A model generated the notes under the pieces. It saw nothing but the letters and a program-made list of their open reading frames with translations. It was not told the origin of the DNA and ran no database searches. Positions 61,745-64,000 of a stretch of DNA of 64,000 nucleotides are shown here, piece after piece. The position numbers and the translations under genes are program-made. The stretch comes from Octopus sinensis (taxonomy: Eukaryota): the NCBI RefSeq assembly GCF_006345805.1, contig NC_043017.1:8370001-8434000 (forward strand). The letters run 5' to 3'. Each line of letters opens with the position of its first letter. Position 1 is the stretch's first letter.

Positions 61745-64000
61745 TTAGTGGGAAAAAAGAAATTGGAGTTTGGTGGAGGGGGAAATATCTCATGTACCTT
61801 GACTTTGTTTCCTCATGCATATGTTTTGATGATGTAGATTACAGTTATGCTGAAAAACAAAATAATTATTTTTGGAGACTGTTTTATTGAATTCCTTTTG
61901 GAATTTTGTTAAATGAATATTTTTTAATTGTTATATTTCGGGATGGCCATTTCTCATTTTTTCCAAACAAATAACCACAAGCACTATACATTCATTCTTT
62001 GTTTTATAATTATTCCTATTTTAGTGTCCTTCGTATGAAATATTTTATCACACACCTGTGACCTCTTCAGTGACTCTCCATTCCATGTGTCTCCTCTTTT
62101 TCTGTTTAGTTCATTCTGTCTTTCTATTGTGTGTATCCTTATCTGCACATGCATTTGCATCTGTATCTGTGTATGTGTGTGTTTTGCATGTGTTTATGTA
62201 TTTTGTATGTGTGTTTTATGTGTGTGTGTGTGTGTATGAGTTTGCTTATTACATCGTTTGTATCTGTGCCCTTTATAAACATAATCTTTTTTTTAATTAA
62301 AAGAAATTTTCAGAAAGTTATGAGGAAACAAAGTTGGTGGCAGGGGTGGGGGGTGCACACGCTTGTAGTTATGTCATATCCCTCCAAATCTTCCCAATTT
62401 CATAAAAAAAAAAAAAAAAAAAAAATCCGATGTCCGAAGCCGACATCAATGAGAATTGAACTCGAAACATTGAGCAACATAACAAACAGACTGCAAGTGT
62501 TAAAAAAAAAATACACCCAGTCTGTCGTGCAAACGTTCTGTGTAATTACTGGCCTCATCAGTGATGATGATATTAACCGTGTAGCTCGCAGCCCATCTGA
62601 CCTTGATCAGATGAAGTGAGATGAACGATTAAGCTGCTCGGCGGATTAACATCGACATCACACCTCAACTAAAGCGGGGAGGATTGCTTTATCCTTTTTT
62701 TTTTTATTATTTTGTTTTTGGATTTTTTTTGCATCAATTTTTAATAGATTTTTTTTTTTGCTTTTTGTGCAATTTTGTTTTTGTGTATTTTTGTTGTGGC
62801 TTATTTTATGTTTCTTTTATTATTTTTTTTTATGTAAGAACATCGCATTAAACTAAGACATTGTCTTTCGGAAGGGCTGGGTTGTGTTTTTTTAACAGCT
62901 TTACACCTCAAACAGATGCTCTTTACAGATCTCTCTCTCTCCCTCCCTCTTTCCCTCTCTCTCTATCTCTCTCCCTCTTTCCCCCTTTCTCTCTCTCTCA
63001 CTCACACTGTCTCTCTCTTTTGAACTTGGGTGTTCATGATTTATCGACTTTGATTGATTTTGTTTGTTGCTCGTAGCTGTGGCAGTAGTTGTGGTTGTTA
63101 CACACTCAACTATGTGTGTATGGATGTATATATACATGTATGTGCATATGTGTGTGTGTATATATGTGTACATATGCTCACACATATACACATTAAATAT
63201 TGATAGGAGTGAATTAGGACAAGTCTCTATTCCACCATTAATCACTAACTGTGTTACACATATATATATACACACACATACATACATATATATATCTGTG
63301 CATGTGTATATACATACATGCGTGTGTGTGTATGTGTGCACACATATATGTCTATATGTATGTGTGTACATATGTATGTATATTATCCAGTTTTTATGTA
63401 ATACTAGGTAAAGTGGATTATCTAAGAGGTGTTCTCAGTCCCGATATAAGAAGGGGGAAGTTGGGAGGTGGCTATATTCATTTAACCCCACCTCTTTCTC
63501 TCTCCCCACCTCTACTTTCCGGGAGGTTCGGTATTATTAGAGTTCCTTTTCCTATAGTTCTTTTTTTTTGTGCCATCTCATATATACACATGTCTCAAAT
63601 ATACACACATCTCAAATATATACCCTGCACTTGTTTCACAGATTATAGATACTTACATTTTGTAATGGGTATATTTTTGTTATGTTGATGTTACATATAT
63701 ACACAGTGCCTGGTAAAAAGCACCCAGTACACTGTGTAAAGTGGTTGGCATTAGGAAGGGCATCCAGCCATAGAAACCAGGCAAAAATTGGAGCCTGGTG
63801 CAGTTCTCTGGTATGCCAGCTCCTGCTAAACCATCCAACCCATGCTAGCATGGAAAAGAGACATTAAATGATGATGATGGTGATGATATATGTATATACT
63901 TATGTTTGTGTATATATATATATACACATATGTATGGGTGTATGTTAGGAAGTTTACTTTCTAACCATATGGTTTCAGGTTCAGTTCCACTGCCTGGCAC

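Overview
AT-rich, repeat-saturated eukaryotic DNA with no confidently identifiable host protein-coding gene, rRNA, full tRNA or CRISPR array. The repeat content points to an octopus (coleoid cephalopod) intronic or intergenic region; this species call is an inference. That content is several tRNA-derived SINE families, an RTE-linked non-autonomous element with a (GAT)n tail, RTE, RLE (R4/Dong-like) and CR1-like LINE fragments, a DD37D mariner remnant, many MITEs and very dense microsatellites. Almost all ORFs in the supplied track are translations of microsatellites. Main points of interest: (1) a 160-bp palindrome at 25649-25808 that encodes a Penelope-type minimal type-I hammerhead ribozyme on each strand; (2) an unrelated hammerhead with an intact core at 59399-59476 and a long stem-II loop containing AATAAA; (3) SINEs and RLE-LINE fragments piling into (AAT)n/(ATT)n tracts, with SINE tail swapping; (4) a roughly 270-bp foldback at 9675-9947; (5) a CpG-rich, promoter-like domain at about 42.1-46.4 kb next to a tandem array of consensus 5' splice sites. 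SINE family letters A-D and F are my own labels, and most repeat boundaries are approximate.
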